Source: a virus (taxonomy: Duplodnaviria; Caudoviricetes). From it: a stretch of 53,645 nucleotides of DNA. The notes under the pieces are model-generated. The model was not told the DNA's origin. It saw only the letters and a program-made list of their open reading frames with translations, and searched no databases. This document shows, in pieces, positions 37,946-46,262 of this stretch (positions are counted from its first letter, which is position 1; each line of letters starts with the position of its first letter). The stretch spans positions 1-53,645 of the IMG/VR virus record IMGVR_UViG_3300025875_000034; one strand, written 5' to 3'. Made by a program: the position numbers and the translations under genes.

Positions 37946-38280
37946 GACGTAATTTTTTTAAATGCGTCCGAAAAACTTTCTGAACCTTCCTCTGTGCCTT
38001 CATAGAAATTGAATACTTGCGGAAAGTTGAATTTCAATCCAACCCAAACAAACCCGTAAAGTATTGCGAATGCAAGCATTGCGAAATAGACACTATGCAA
38101 AACACCCGCGTCAAGCGGTCCTGCGGTCGGGTCTAATACTCGCAATATGAATTGACTGACGGGCCAAAGCAGAAAAAGCGCTATACCTAACCAGAATTCA
38201 TTCCATTGCAGGAGAATTGATTTTGCGGAATTTCCGCATTCGGAAATTCCTGTTTTACATTTTTTTAGCCAAGTTCTCAT
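37855..38280 (-). CDS. Putative holin (141 aa)
   Basis: Three hydrophobic segments, directly before endolysin. Confidence 0.6.
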   Translation of the reverse strand: MRTWLKKCKTGISECGNSAKSILLQWNEFWLGIALFLLWPVSQFILRVLDPTAGPLDAGVLHSVYFAMLAFAILYGFVWVGLKFNFPQVFNFYEGTEEGSESFSDAFKKITSWQRIIISFLILLSHLSFAAVCLLAGVMVA

Positions 38281-38282
38281 TT

Positions 38283-38645
38283 TCAGTGTGCATTAGGTTT
38301 GTTTAAAGATTTAAGGTGTTGAACTACTGCGTAAAAGTCAAAAGCAGGCAATTCGCCGGGCTTGTTTATTCCCCTCATTTCGAGCGCGGCGCATAACTGT
38401 TTAAACTGTTTCTCTTGGTGAATTATGGTGTTTTCGGGGTTCTCGAAATCAAAGATTGCGGGTTTAGCTTTATCAAGAAACCATTTATCAATTTTCGCAA
38501 TCAACTCTGAATTATCAACATCTTGTGTTGCTTCCTCGCAGAGCAACAGCGCCCGTCTCATTATTTCCGAATAGAACTGCATCTTGTCCGGGCTTGTGAA
38601 TAGGTCCGGAAAGGCAACTTCTAATTCGGCATCAATTTTTTTTTT
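38283..38645 (-). CDS. Tail assembly chaperone GT extension reached by -1 frameshift
   Basis: -1 frame from A10 run reads KKKIDAELEVAFPDLFTSPDK into the 38283..38582 ORF. Confidence 0.8.
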   Translation of the reverse strand, partial: KKKIDAELEVAFPDLFTSPDKMQFYSEIMRRALLLCEEATQDVDNSELIAKIDKWFLDKAKPAIFDFENPENTIIHQEKQFKQLCAALEMRGINKPGELPAFDFYAVVQHLKSLNKPNAH

Positions 38646-39046
38646 ACAGATTCCGCAATTTCTTCTGCGTTTGCGAATGTTACGCGCTCCGCAATAACGC
38701 CCGAAATCAAGATGCAGGCTGAATCAGAAAAATCAGTTTGAACAACCCCGTCAATTGAGTGAACCAAGTCTGCAAGCGCCCGGCCTTTCGTGCTGATTCC
38801 GCTGAATAGCATGAACAAGCCAAAGTTTGAATTTTCACGTTCGCGCATTGCCTCTGCAAGCTTGCCTGCGCTCAAGAACGCATCAAGGTTTTGAAAGCGT
38901 AGGTCTAAATCAGTTAGGGTTGAACCCATACCTGCATCTTGCAGCAAGTGCAGTTCAAATTTATTCAGTCTCGCAATAGTGAGTTCCTGAATATCATCTT
39001 GAAATTCGATTGTTTGCCCGGCATTTGGGCCTTCAACTTTTATCAT
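38621..39046 (-). CDS. Tail assembly chaperone G (141 aa, MIKVEGP)
   Basis: AAAGCCGCA-ATG; ends VKKKLMPN over slippery run at 38636-38645. Confidence 0.8.
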   Translation of the reverse strand: MIKVEGPNAGQTIEFQDDIQELTIARLNKFELHLLQDAGMGSTLTDLDLRFQNLDAFLSAGKLAEAMRERENSNFGLFMLFSGISTKGRALADLVHSIDGVVQTDFSDSACILISGVIAERVTFANAEEIAESVKKKLMPN

Positions 39047-39053
39047 TGCGGCT

Positions 39054-39401
39054 TTATCTTTTTTGTCCGGGCGCAACCTGTTTCGGGCGCTCCGCAGACG
39101 GTTGGGGTTGATATAAAAACATGACCAAGGAAGGCACAAGAAACGGAACGAATATCAACGGCCAATTTCCGGGAATGAATGCAGCCATAAGCGCCGCAGA
39201 TAGCCACAACGGCCAACACAGGAGACAACGTTGCGGCATGAAACGCTTGCGGTTCGTATCATACCACTCAAAGAAGTTGTGCTTTGACATTGCGTGAAAT
39301 AAAGACGCAATCAAAAAAGCACAAAACCCTGCATTCATAAGGATGCAGGGTAAAGCGGTTTGAAATTCCGCAAGCAGTGTTTTAATTACCTCTGTTGTCA
39401 T
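39054..39401 (-). CDS. Membrane protein with CxxCW motif, DUF1360-like (115 aa)
   Basis: RCLLCWPLWLS and hydrophobic segments. Confidence 0.6.
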   Translation of the reverse strand: MTTEVIKTLLAEFQTALPCILMNAGFCAFLIASLFHAMSKHNFFEWYDTNRKRFMPQRCLLCWPLWLSAALMAAFIPGNWPLIFVPFLVPSLVMFLYQPQPSAERPKQVAPGQKR

Positions 39402-39726
39402 TTCTCACAACGTTTTTTTCAAGTTCGGAAATTCTACCTTGATTCGAGTCGGCAATTTTGCGCAGTGTTTCAATTTTGTCATCAAGTCGCAAGAATCTTC
39501 CGTTGTATTCAATCAGAGTCCCATTGATTGCGGTTTGTTGTTTTCTTGATTCAATCAGTTCGTCTCTTATTTCTTTCAACAATACCTGCGTCTGCGCACC
39601 GTCCTTTGTATAAATATAGACAAGCAAAACGCCAATCAACCCGACTAACGGGGAAAGCTTATTATAGAGCTTAACAGCCCCGTCAAAAAAGTTGTCGGTT
39701 TCTTCGCGGTTTGGATTGGTATTCAT
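39382..39726 (-). CDS. Single-TM coiled-coil protein (114 aa)
   Basis: LVGLIGVLLVYIY then heptads. Confidence 0.7.
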   Translation of the reverse strand: MNTNPNREETDNFFDGAVKLYNKLSPLVGLIGVLLVYIYTKDGAQTQVLLKEIRDELIESRKQQTAINGTLIEYNGRFLRLDDKIETLRKIADSNQGRISELEKNVVRNDNRGN

Positions 39727-39747
39727 ACGTTTTAGTTGATGCCTGTT

Positions 39748-40386
39748 TTAGAATGTTTCCCTGAACTCTAATTGAAAGTAATCAAGGCGTACTGTTGGCG
39801 GCGTTGGTTTTGTCGGAATACAAATGTCATCAAAAGTCAACACTCCTGAAAACTTGTAACCCGCTTCCGGATGCCTAAAAGTTTGGTATTTGGTATGGTC
39901 ATAAGAATACCCGCGAAAAACGTCTTGCGGGTTTTCGCTTATGTTGCTGATTGCGAATTGCGGAAAGAAACGCAACGCATCAAGAATTTCGTTTTTGAGT
40001 ATTTCTGTGAACCTGTAATTGTAATTATATCCGCTTTCTTTCTTTATTGTTTCAAGGTTGCAGATAACAACCAAACCAATAGGGTATTGCCAAGTACGCC
40101 GCGCTGCAAGTGAATAGTTCATTGGCTTTCCCGGTCCCTCTAATTGCACGTATGACTGCGCAGCAAGAAAGTTGTTCGGGGTTAGTCTCAAGTAATCATT
40201 TGTTCCTTGATACACTTCCGGAAATATTTCTTCCGAACCCGCAATTGTTTCTTGCCCTATTGTTGCCCGCCCGTAAGCACAGGTAAGCCAAGGTAAAGAC
40301 GAAAGCAAGTTTTGAATTCTCGCAATCGGCGCGTCAATGCCAACGGGCGCGTCAATTATTAAAGGATTGGGGTTTGCGTAACTCAT
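39748..40386 (-). CDS. Putative tail terminator / neck protein (212 aa)
   Basis: Position among neck genes. Confidence 0.55.
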   Translation of the reverse strand: MSYANPNPLIIDAPVGIDAPIARIQNLLSSLPWLTCAYGRATIGQETIAGSEEIFPEVYQGTNDYLRLTPNNFLAAQSYVQLEGPGKPMNYSLAARRTWQYPIGLVVICNLETIKKESGYNYNYRFTEILKNEILDALRFFPQFAISNISENPQDVFRGYSYDHTKYQTFRHPEAGYKFSGVLTFDDICIPTKPTPPTVRLDYFQLEFRETF

Positions 40387-40820
40387 TTTCTAAAGTGACT
40401 CTTTAAGTTTGTTTGTATTCGTGGTAGCAGGATTTGTCTTTGCAATTTAACGACACTTGCGGGCGAAAGTCCCACAACTTCACCGTATTTGAATAACAAT
40501 CTAGTTGATTTCACGTCATTCGCCTCGAATTGAATTCCGACTGACGAAACGCCAACATCAATACCCTTTTGGAAGTCTCCTTTGTTTTTCAAATCGGGTG
40601 TTCCAAGTCCGGGCTTTGGGTTGCTTGCGAATTTCTTTTTCGCATATTGATTGTTTCTGTATTTGGGTGTTATCTTCTCACCATCTGCGCCGAAACCCTT
40701 ATTTAATTGCTCCCGGTTTAAATCCGCAATTTTATCTGCGGAATCCCTTGCGGCATCTTCAATGAAGTTGCGCACAGGAACTCTTTCAAGTTTTTTCAGG
40801 AGTTTTTGTATTGCGTTCAT
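40383..40820 (-). CDS. Putative tail completion / neck protein (145 aa)
   Basis: Basic; PDLKNKGDFQKGI...KYGEVVGL. Confidence 0.6.
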   Translation of the reverse strand: MNAIQKLLKKLERVPVRNFIEDAARDSADKIADLNREQLNKGFGADGEKITPKYRNNQYAKKKFASNPKPGLGTPDLKNKGDFQKGIDVGVSSVGIQFEANDVKSTRLLFKYGEVVGLSPASVVKLQRQILLPRIQTNLKSHFRK

Positions 40821-40835
40821 ATTGTCTTATGTTTG
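40805..40835 (+). promoter_or_regulatory. Bacteroidota sigma-A promoter for plus-strand RNA locus
   Basis: TTTG(40805)-N19-TATGTTTG(40828-40835). Confidence 0.7.
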
Positions 40836-40876
40836 CAAGGCAGGCGAATAAATGTTTCCATCATTTCCCGTCTCAA

Positions 40877-40954
40877 GAGCAAGGATGCTGTTGGTTTGGC
40901 GCTTGGGCCACCATATCCCAAGACCTCAAGGGTTCGACTCCCTTACTTGCTCCA
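40877..40954 (+). tRNA. Atypical tRNA-like gene, initiator-like, 9-nt anticodon loop
   Basis: GAGCAAG/CTTGCTC acceptor, GCTG-TTGGTT-TGGC D arm, CTTGGG-CCACCATAT-CCCAAG anticodon arm, AAGGG-TTCGACT-CCCTT T arm. Confidence 0.75.
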
Positions 40955-40964
40955 ACCTCGACTT

Positions 40965-41046
40965 CCTAGCTAGGACCGGCTGAAAGCACTATGATTGCAG
41001 CCTATGAACTAGCAGGTTTAGCGGGTTCGCCGTTCGGGCAATAAAC
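40965..41046 (+). ncRNA. Structured RNA domain downstream of the tRNA-like element
   Basis: Nested stems CCT/AGG, GCTAG/CTAGC, GGCT/AGCC, GCA/TGC; then GTTTA/TAAAC enclosing GCGG-GTTCG-CCGT. Confidence 0.4.
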
Positions 41047-41051
41047 GACTT

Positions 41052-41088
41052 AAAAGCCCGGCTCTTGGGAAAGGAAGCCGGGCTTTTT
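41052..41088. terminator. Bidirectional rho-independent terminator
   Basis: AAAAGCCCGGCT-N12-AGCCGGGCTTTTT between convergent units. Confidence 0.85.
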
Positions 41089-41093
41089 CGTGC

Positions 41094-42299
41094 CTACAAT
41101 ACGCCTGTTTCGATTCGCTGCGGCGTGTAGCTTGGTTCAGGCAAACAAGGCGAGTCAACATCATTGAAGTCAATGTTGATTGCGGCAATGTCCTTTTCGA
41201 GTTGCCGCGCAAGTCCGCTTGTGTAGAACTCCCGATTGTCAAGCAGGTAATTCGACATTTCCCGCGCTTTCTGCGCCTGTGCGTTGCCTTCCTGATTATG
41301 CGCAAACATTGTCAAAATGGAAACCGCAATTTGCTTTTGCAGTGCAGCGGCAAATGCGTTTTTATTTCGCAAGATGAATTGCGTATAATCACAATTCACA
41401 GACAAGCTTAAATTAAGCCCGTTGTTCGTGTTATAGGCGTAATCATTGTATGATGTATCCCAAAGCCTGCGTTCGTCTTGTAGGCGGGCGGAATCAACGC
41501 AAAAAGGATGAATCTTGACGAACCGGCTCCAAGCATGAAACATCTTGTTCGTCTCTGTGTCGCAGGTTCCGCAGGCAATGGTGAAATCTTTTTCCCTGCG
41601 TACTACTTGGCCCGCAATGTCATCTTCATAATATCCGAAATAATACGAACCCGCAAGCGCCGTATCTGCGCCCGCTGTTGCCTTGCTGTCAAATGCGAGT
41701 TCGGCTGCATTCAATTCAGCCCAATCGAAAGAACCCGTTGATACGGTAGGCGCATCAAATATCTTGATTGGCTCTGCGGCTGAGGAATGATACAGGTAGT
41801 ATTTCAATTGCGGGTTCGGCGCAGTTGTTTGCAGTCCGACTCGATTAATTACCGCAAGAATGTCTCTGTATGGCAATAACTCGATTTCAACGCCTCTGAA
41901 CCGGCCTTGCTTAATCAGTCTGTCATTGATGTTGCCTGCGCCTCTGTAAAGATGAATGTCTTGCAGGATGCTTTTTGCGCCACCGTCAGACAGCTTGCGA
42001 GTAACAACAACAGCATTCACTACTTGAGCAACTGCGCCTTCAATGGTGTTCTTTAGGTACTCATTGAATACGCGCTTCACCGCTTGCTGCGGCGTTTCAT
42101 CTTGCGAAAGCTTGAATTGCTTAGGCATACATGAAACAATGTTTTCAGCGCTAATCAGTGACGGTGAAACGTCAGTGACATACAAGCCGGTTTTGCTTGC
42201 GGCTAATTCGGGCAACACGTCAGGAAAATCCGGGTGCGTGTTCTGCCTGAACCCAACCAAACCGGCGAAACCTAAGACAACAGCGGGCAAACGGTACAT
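41094..42299 (-). CDS. Putative head-tail adaptor / head completion protein (401 aa)
   Basis: First minus-strand gene after major capsid; function from synteny. Confidence 0.55.
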   Translation of the reverse strand: MYRLPAVVLGFAGLVGFRQNTHPDFPDVLPELAASKTGLYVTDVSPSLISAENIVSCMPKQFKLSQDETPQQAVKRVFNEYLKNTIEGAVAQVVNAVVVTRKLSDGGAKSILQDIHLYRGAGNINDRLIKQGRFRGVEIELLPYRDILAVINRVGLQTTAPNPQLKYYLYHSSAAEPIKIFDAPTVSTGSFDWAELNAAELAFDSKATAGADTALAGSYYFGYYEDDIAGQVVRREKDFTIACGTCDTETNKMFHAWSRFVKIHPFCVDSARLQDERRLWDTSYNDYAYNTNNGLNLSLSVNCDYTQFILRNKNAFAAALQKQIAVSILTMFAHNQEGNAQAQKAREMSNYLLDNREFYTSGLARQLEKDIAAINIDFNDVDSPCLPEPSYTPQRIETGVL

Positions 42300-42335
42300 A
42301 TATTTTGTGGCTTTATTGCCCGCAATCGGGCTTTG

Positions 42336-42389
42336 TGAAAAATATTTTCAGGAACTCTTGACTTGCGTGTTTTTATTTCTGTACCTTTG
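42336..42389 (+). promoter_or_regulatory. Conserved phage promoter cassette driving inverted moron
   Basis: TGAAAAATATTTTCA-GGAACTC-TTGACTTGCG...TACCTTTG; near copy of 5087-5140. Confidence 0.8.
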
Positions 42390-42419
42390 GGCATACCAAA
42401 ACGGAAAAAGCCCAACACT

Positions 42420-42731
42420 ATGACTTCTTACATCAAAATGCCTGCCGCCTGCTTTTCATCTTTTGAAGCCGCAAACATTCTCGCAAGCTTCAACATCAAG
42501 CCGGAAGTTCAGTATTCCAAAAACTACGCAGTCAAAATTTCTGACAGTGTGACTCTAAGCGTGTTCATTGGTGAAAGCTACATGACTATCACTGCGCAGC
42601 GCGGTACTTGGGAAATGATAAAGTCATACATTACCAAGACAAGCGAAGTTGAAACCGCAATAAACCAAATCAACAAGCGCTGCGCTATGTTTGTAGAAGG
42701 CTTTCAACCAATAGAAAGCAATGCCTTATAA
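42420..42731 (+). CDS. Hypothetical protein, moron gene 1 (103 aa, MTSYIKMP)
   Basis: ATG 30 nt after the -7 box. Confidence 0.8.
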   Translation: MTSYIKMPAACFSSFEAANILASFNIKPEVQYSKNYAVKISDSVTLSVFIGESYMTITAQRGTWEMIKSYITKTSEVETAINQINKRCAMFVEGFQPIESNAL

Positions 42732-43083
42732 GCCAACTTTCAAGATGCAGGATAAGCGCAACGGTGGGGGTTTTCCCTACCGGGGCCACCGCATAGTAAA
42801 AAAGCACGGCTTGGTAAGTTGGCATCATACAACGTACTATCACCCGGACCTAGAAGCCTACGAGGGAGACACAGTTGAAGTCAACTTTGACGGTAGCTGC
42901 GTTTGGTCGGACGGTATCACAGTTTATGAGGCTCAAAGGAATTGGGTTAAAATATGCAGCATCAAAGACAGTCTTGAGGGACGCGCAGCAACAATCAAGC
43001 AGGAGTTAGAAGATAAACGGCTTGCGGCTATACAAGAGGCGCAATATAGACTTGACAACCCAAAGGAAAGCCCGCCTGAATGA
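42721..43083 (+). CDS. Moron gene 2, stand-alone Mu-transposase C-terminal-like domain (120 aa)
   Basis: RIVKKHGLVSWHHTTYYHPDLEAYEGDTVEVNFD...ITVY resembles the Mu-transpos_C pattern. Confidence 0.55.
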   Translation: MPYKPTFKMQDKRNGGGFPYRGHRIVKKHGLVSWHHTTYYHPDLEAYEGDTVEVNFDGSCVWSDGITVYEAQRNWVKICSIKDSLEGRAATIKQELEDKRLAAIQEAQYRLDNPKESPPE

Positions 43084-43106
43084 ATCCGGGCGGGCTTTCG
43101 TTTTTA
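43066..43106. terminator. Bidirectional rho-independent terminator
   Basis: GAAAGCCCGCC...GGCGGGCTTTC-GTTTTT between convergent genes. Confidence 0.85.
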
Positions 43107-43125
43107 ATGCCGCAAGGCGCTCTGC

Positions 43126-44184
43126 TTATGCGTTGGCAAACTCTGCCTTGATGATAGGGCCAAAGTTGTTTGCGCGGTCCTTGTTGTAGCTAGTAATGGC
43201 TACTACGTCAGTCGAGAAAGCAAAGCCTTCCATCTTGGTTGCAGTCATGCCGGGTGAAGCGGGTCCGGCAATCGTAACGGTTGCGTCTGCGCAATCTTCG
43301 ATATAGTACGAACCCATCAACAAATCTACAATCGGAACTTGCACTTGGTCCCACTTTTTCAGGCCGTTGCCAACGGAAGAACCCATAATTGAGTCCCAAT
43401 CGTTGCGGTTTTCAAAAGCGCATTGGCCTTTGCCGACTGCATAAACCGTGCTTTCCATACCAGCCGCAACCGGCATCCGGTTTGTAAACTTCCAATCATA
43501 CGGGTTGAATTGGAAGTTCTCGTTTTCATCATTGCCTGCGCCTTGTGCGCGGGTCCGGCGAAGAAACGGTTGGTGCATTGTGTTTGCGAGAACATCAACG
43601 TCTCCGTAGAAGTCCATCAATTCAAACATTGACTGCAACTGATTATAGTAATCGAGTTGGCCGCTTTTCGGAACCTGCAAAGCGTTTGCAACCTGTGCAT
43701 ACGTAGCTGTCAGACCGTCCCATTTCTGATTGCGGTCAATGTTCAGCCGGTTGATGCAAAGCGTGTCGAATTGGGCCGCAAGCTTGCGCAAGTAGCGCTC
43801 CATCTTAACCTGAAAGTCCCGTTCGTAGCCGATTTGGTTCGTCTTATACATTGCGGGGAACATTGTGAACCCGAAAGCATAAGTTGTGAACGAAAGGGTC
43901 ACAAGCTTTGACGTATTCTCGAAAAGAGGGATTGTGCAAGAGCGCTGATTGCTGATAGTAATATCAGCGTCATCAGCATCATTCAGAACGGGAATCTGAA
44001 CAACGTTGCCGAAACTTTCCTTGATAGTCTTGCGAACATCAGGAGTCAGGATGCCGGTTGCGTCTTTGGTTTGTTCGCGGAACAAATCATAAGCGCCGTA
44101 ACGACTTGCGCGGCGTTCGTTTTTGTCGAGAGAGCCAGCGTATTTTTGCCGTAATGGCTGAATGAGAGTGTCAACTAATGACAT
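43126..44184 (-). CDS. Major capsid protein (352 aa)
   Basis: Size, position after scaffold, terminator downstream; N terminus resembles my recollection of Bacteroides siphovirus capsids. Confidence 0.8.
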   Translation of the reverse strand: MSLVDTLIQPLRQKYAGSLDKNERRASRYGAYDLFREQTKDATGILTPDVRKTIKESFGNVVQIPVLNDADDADITISNQRSCTIPLFENTSKLVTLSFTTYAFGFTMFPAMYKTNQIGYERDFQVKMERYLRKLAAQFDTLCINRLNIDRNQKWDGLTATYAQVANALQVPKSGQLDYYNQLQSMFELMDFYGDVDVLANTMHQPFLRRTRAQGAGNDENENFQFNPYDWKFTNRMPVAAGMESTVYAVGKGQCAFENRNDWDSIMGSSVGNGLKKWDQVQVPIVDLLMGSYYIEDCADATVTIAGPASPGMTATKMEGFAFSTDVVAITSYNKDRANNFGPIIKAEFANA

Positions 44185-44306
44185 TGCAGTTTAAAAAATT
44201 AAGTGAATTGTTTGATTTTATTATTCCGCAATTCTCTGCGGCCTTTACGAATTCGCCGGATTGGCTCTTACCTGCGAATAATACAAAGTAAGTGAATTAT
44301 TTTTAA

Positions 44307-45233
44307 TTACCGCAAAGGTAAATCTTTGCCGTATTTCTCGAATAATTCATTGTACGCTTTGGTTCCTGCAACAACGCCTGACGCACGTAAAAAGTCAGTC
44401 AGTTGAACTTTCGTTTTCACGTCTGCGCCCGGAACAACTGTTGCCGGGTCAACTTCACCGTTGGCCGCAGGCTTTGGTGCGGGTGAAGGGTTCTGCGAGT
44501 TTGCACCCGTTGCGGGCGGCTTTACCTCAAGCAAGTCTTTGAAGTGTTCAGCATACAAAACCGCAAGAGTTTGCGGCTTATAGTTTGCGTCAAGCTGTTC
44601 AATTTCCTTGTCATCAACCTTTTTCGAGAATACAAGATTCCCGTCTTTGTCGAGCTTGCGGGTAAATACTTGGTCAAACGAGTTTAGACGAATCTTCAAC
44701 ACATCTTCCAAGTATGCAGGGTCAATCTTTTTCAGATTGGCTTTCACGCCCGTCAATGCAAGCTTCTGTTCAGCACGAAACTCTGCATCAACAACACGCT
44801 TGTCGGCTTCCTGCTTGGCTGTCAATACTTCTGCATCCTTTCCCTTCAAGGTATCTTCAAGGGTCTGAATGCGCTGCAAATCTTCCGGCTTGCCTGTACC
44901 GTTCTTTTTCAAGTCGGCAAGTTCGTTTTTCATTGCGGTATTTTTCGCGGTGAAATCTTCACCGTATGCGCGTTTCATGTAGGCTGTTGTTTTCTCGCCT
45001 GAATTGCGCTTGATGCCGGTTTCTTTTTCAACCTCACCATCAACGACACTATATGCGTCATTGTCATGCGCGGCAATTACTTGCGTCTTGTAATTGGTTT
45101 TAAATTCTTCCTCCTGATAAGGAGCGCGGAAAGTAATACCCAAATCCGCAAGCGGTTTCAGATGTTGCGGCAATTCTGCTTTGCCTTCAATTGCGGTTTT
45201 AAATTCGGCAATTTCTGCGTCTGTTAATGGCAT
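44307..45233 (-). CDS. Capsid scaffolding protein (308 aa)
   Basis: Charged helical protein with Pro-rich C-terminal linker, just before MCP. Confidence 0.7.
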   Translation of the reverse strand: MPLTDAEIAEFKTAIEGKAELPQHLKPLADLGITFRAPYQEEEFKTNYKTQVIAAHDNDAYSVVDGEVEKETGIKRNSGEKTTAYMKRAYGEDFTAKNTAMKNELADLKKNGTGKPEDLQRIQTLEDTLKGKDAEVLTAKQEADKRVVDAEFRAEQKLALTGVKANLKKIDPAYLEDVLKIRLNSFDQVFTRKLDKDGNLVFSKKVDDKEIEQLDANYKPQTLAVLYAEHFKDLLEVKPPATGANSQNPSPAPKPAANGEVDPATVVPGADVKTKVQLTDFLRASGVVAGTKAYNELFEKYGKDLPLR

Positions 45234-45299
45234 TTTGTTTGTTGCACGTCACTGTGCGTTTTGTGAAAAGAAAAATCGGGGTTCTTTAGAGACTTTAAA

Positions 45300-45326
45300 C
45301 AGCCGCAGTCGAATCAACTGCGGCTG
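45300..45326. other. Intergenic hairpin containing the GCCGCA motif in its stem
   Basis: CAGCCGCAGT-N7-ACTGCGGCTG. Confidence 0.5.
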
Positions 45327-45347
45327 CTTGAGCTATGATGCTTCTAA

Positions 45348-46262
45348 CTATTCGCGCTTGCCACCAAGCAGCGCTTTTGCGGCATTGGCTTCATCAATTG
45401 CAGTGCGCAGGGTTTCAGCCTTGCGGTTGCCGGGCTTGTCTCCTGTTACCGTCTCGAATTCTTCGCGCAGCTTGGCAAGCTGTTCGTCAGCTTCCGGTGT
45501 TCCGGGCGCAGGCTGCTTTGCACCTTCACCGCTTTCGCCGGTTTCCTTGCGGCTTGAGTCGAGTGCGCCGCCTTCCGGGTTGCCTTCACCTTGCCCGCCT
45601 GCATCCGCAATGGCTTTTGCAACGGGTGAATGAGGGTTGTTGTCAGTTGTGATTGGCGTTTGTTCGCCTGCCTGCGTTGCGAGTTCGTCTGCTTTCTGCA
45701 AAAGCTCTTGCGGGTCTGCGTTTTTGTTTTCCGGCTGCGACTGCAAACGGGCAAGACCGCCTTCCGCAGCCATAACAGCGCCGTTTGCTTGAGCAAGGCT
45801 GAAATGCGCGGGCAATTCCTTGCCTGTAATGCCGAAATACTTGCCTTGTAGCAAGCCAAGCTCTGATTCACCGTCAATCTTGTCGGGAATGGTTGTAGGT
45901 TCAACAGCGGCATCCGGAATGACGTTGTTCGGCGTTACGGTTGAACCGTCCGGCTTGTGCATAACCTTCACTTCCATACCTGCGAAAGCGCGGCTTTTTT
46001 CAGCGGCGTTGAATTCCGAAAGCGTAAACGACTGATAAAAGGGTTGCGACTTCCGAACGCCTGTGCGCTTGTCAAAGTCAACATCTTCAATCGAAAGGTG
46101 AATTAAATGCGCCTCGATTTTCGGAATCTGATACCCGTTGGCTTCTTTGCCGTTGGCATCAATCATTTCCGGTTTCAGGCCCGCCGTTTGGCTTTGCCGC
46201 AGTTCCTCCAATTGGGAGCCGGTCAAATTGTGCGCTTGCACTTTCTCTGTCTGTGTTGACAT
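45348..46262 (-). CDS. Head-associated protein with disordered acidic region and C-terminal HeH/LEM-like motif (304 aa)
   Basis: LAKLREEFETVTGDKPGNRKAETLRTAIDE. Confidence 0.6.
   Translation of the reverse strand: MSTQTEKVQAHNLTGSQLEELRQSQTAGLKPEMIDANGKEANGYQIPKIEAHLIHLSIEDVDFDKRTGVRKSQPFYQSFTLSEFNAAEKSRAFAGMEVKVMHKPDGSTVTPNNVIPDAAVEPTTIPDKIDGESELGLLQGKYFGITGKELPAHFSLAQANGAVMAAEGGLARLQSQPENKNADPQELLQKADELATQAGEQTPITTDNNPHSPVAKAIADAGGQGEGNPEGGALDSSRKETGESGEGAKQPAPGTPEADEQLAKLREEFETVTGDKPGNRKAETLRTAIDEANAAKALLGGKRE

Noticed and set aside
40877-40954. attP site or prophage boundary at the tRNA-like element
   Set aside because: No integrase recognised, no flanking host genes, and the whole cloverleaf is present with a promoter
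41000-41050. Canonical HDV-like, hammerhead or twister ribozyme
   Set aside because: Core consensus residues could not be matched by eye; kept only as an unassigned structured RNA
41018-41305. 95-aa minus-strand ORF
   Set aside because: Overlaps 41094-42299 out of frame and runs through the terminator
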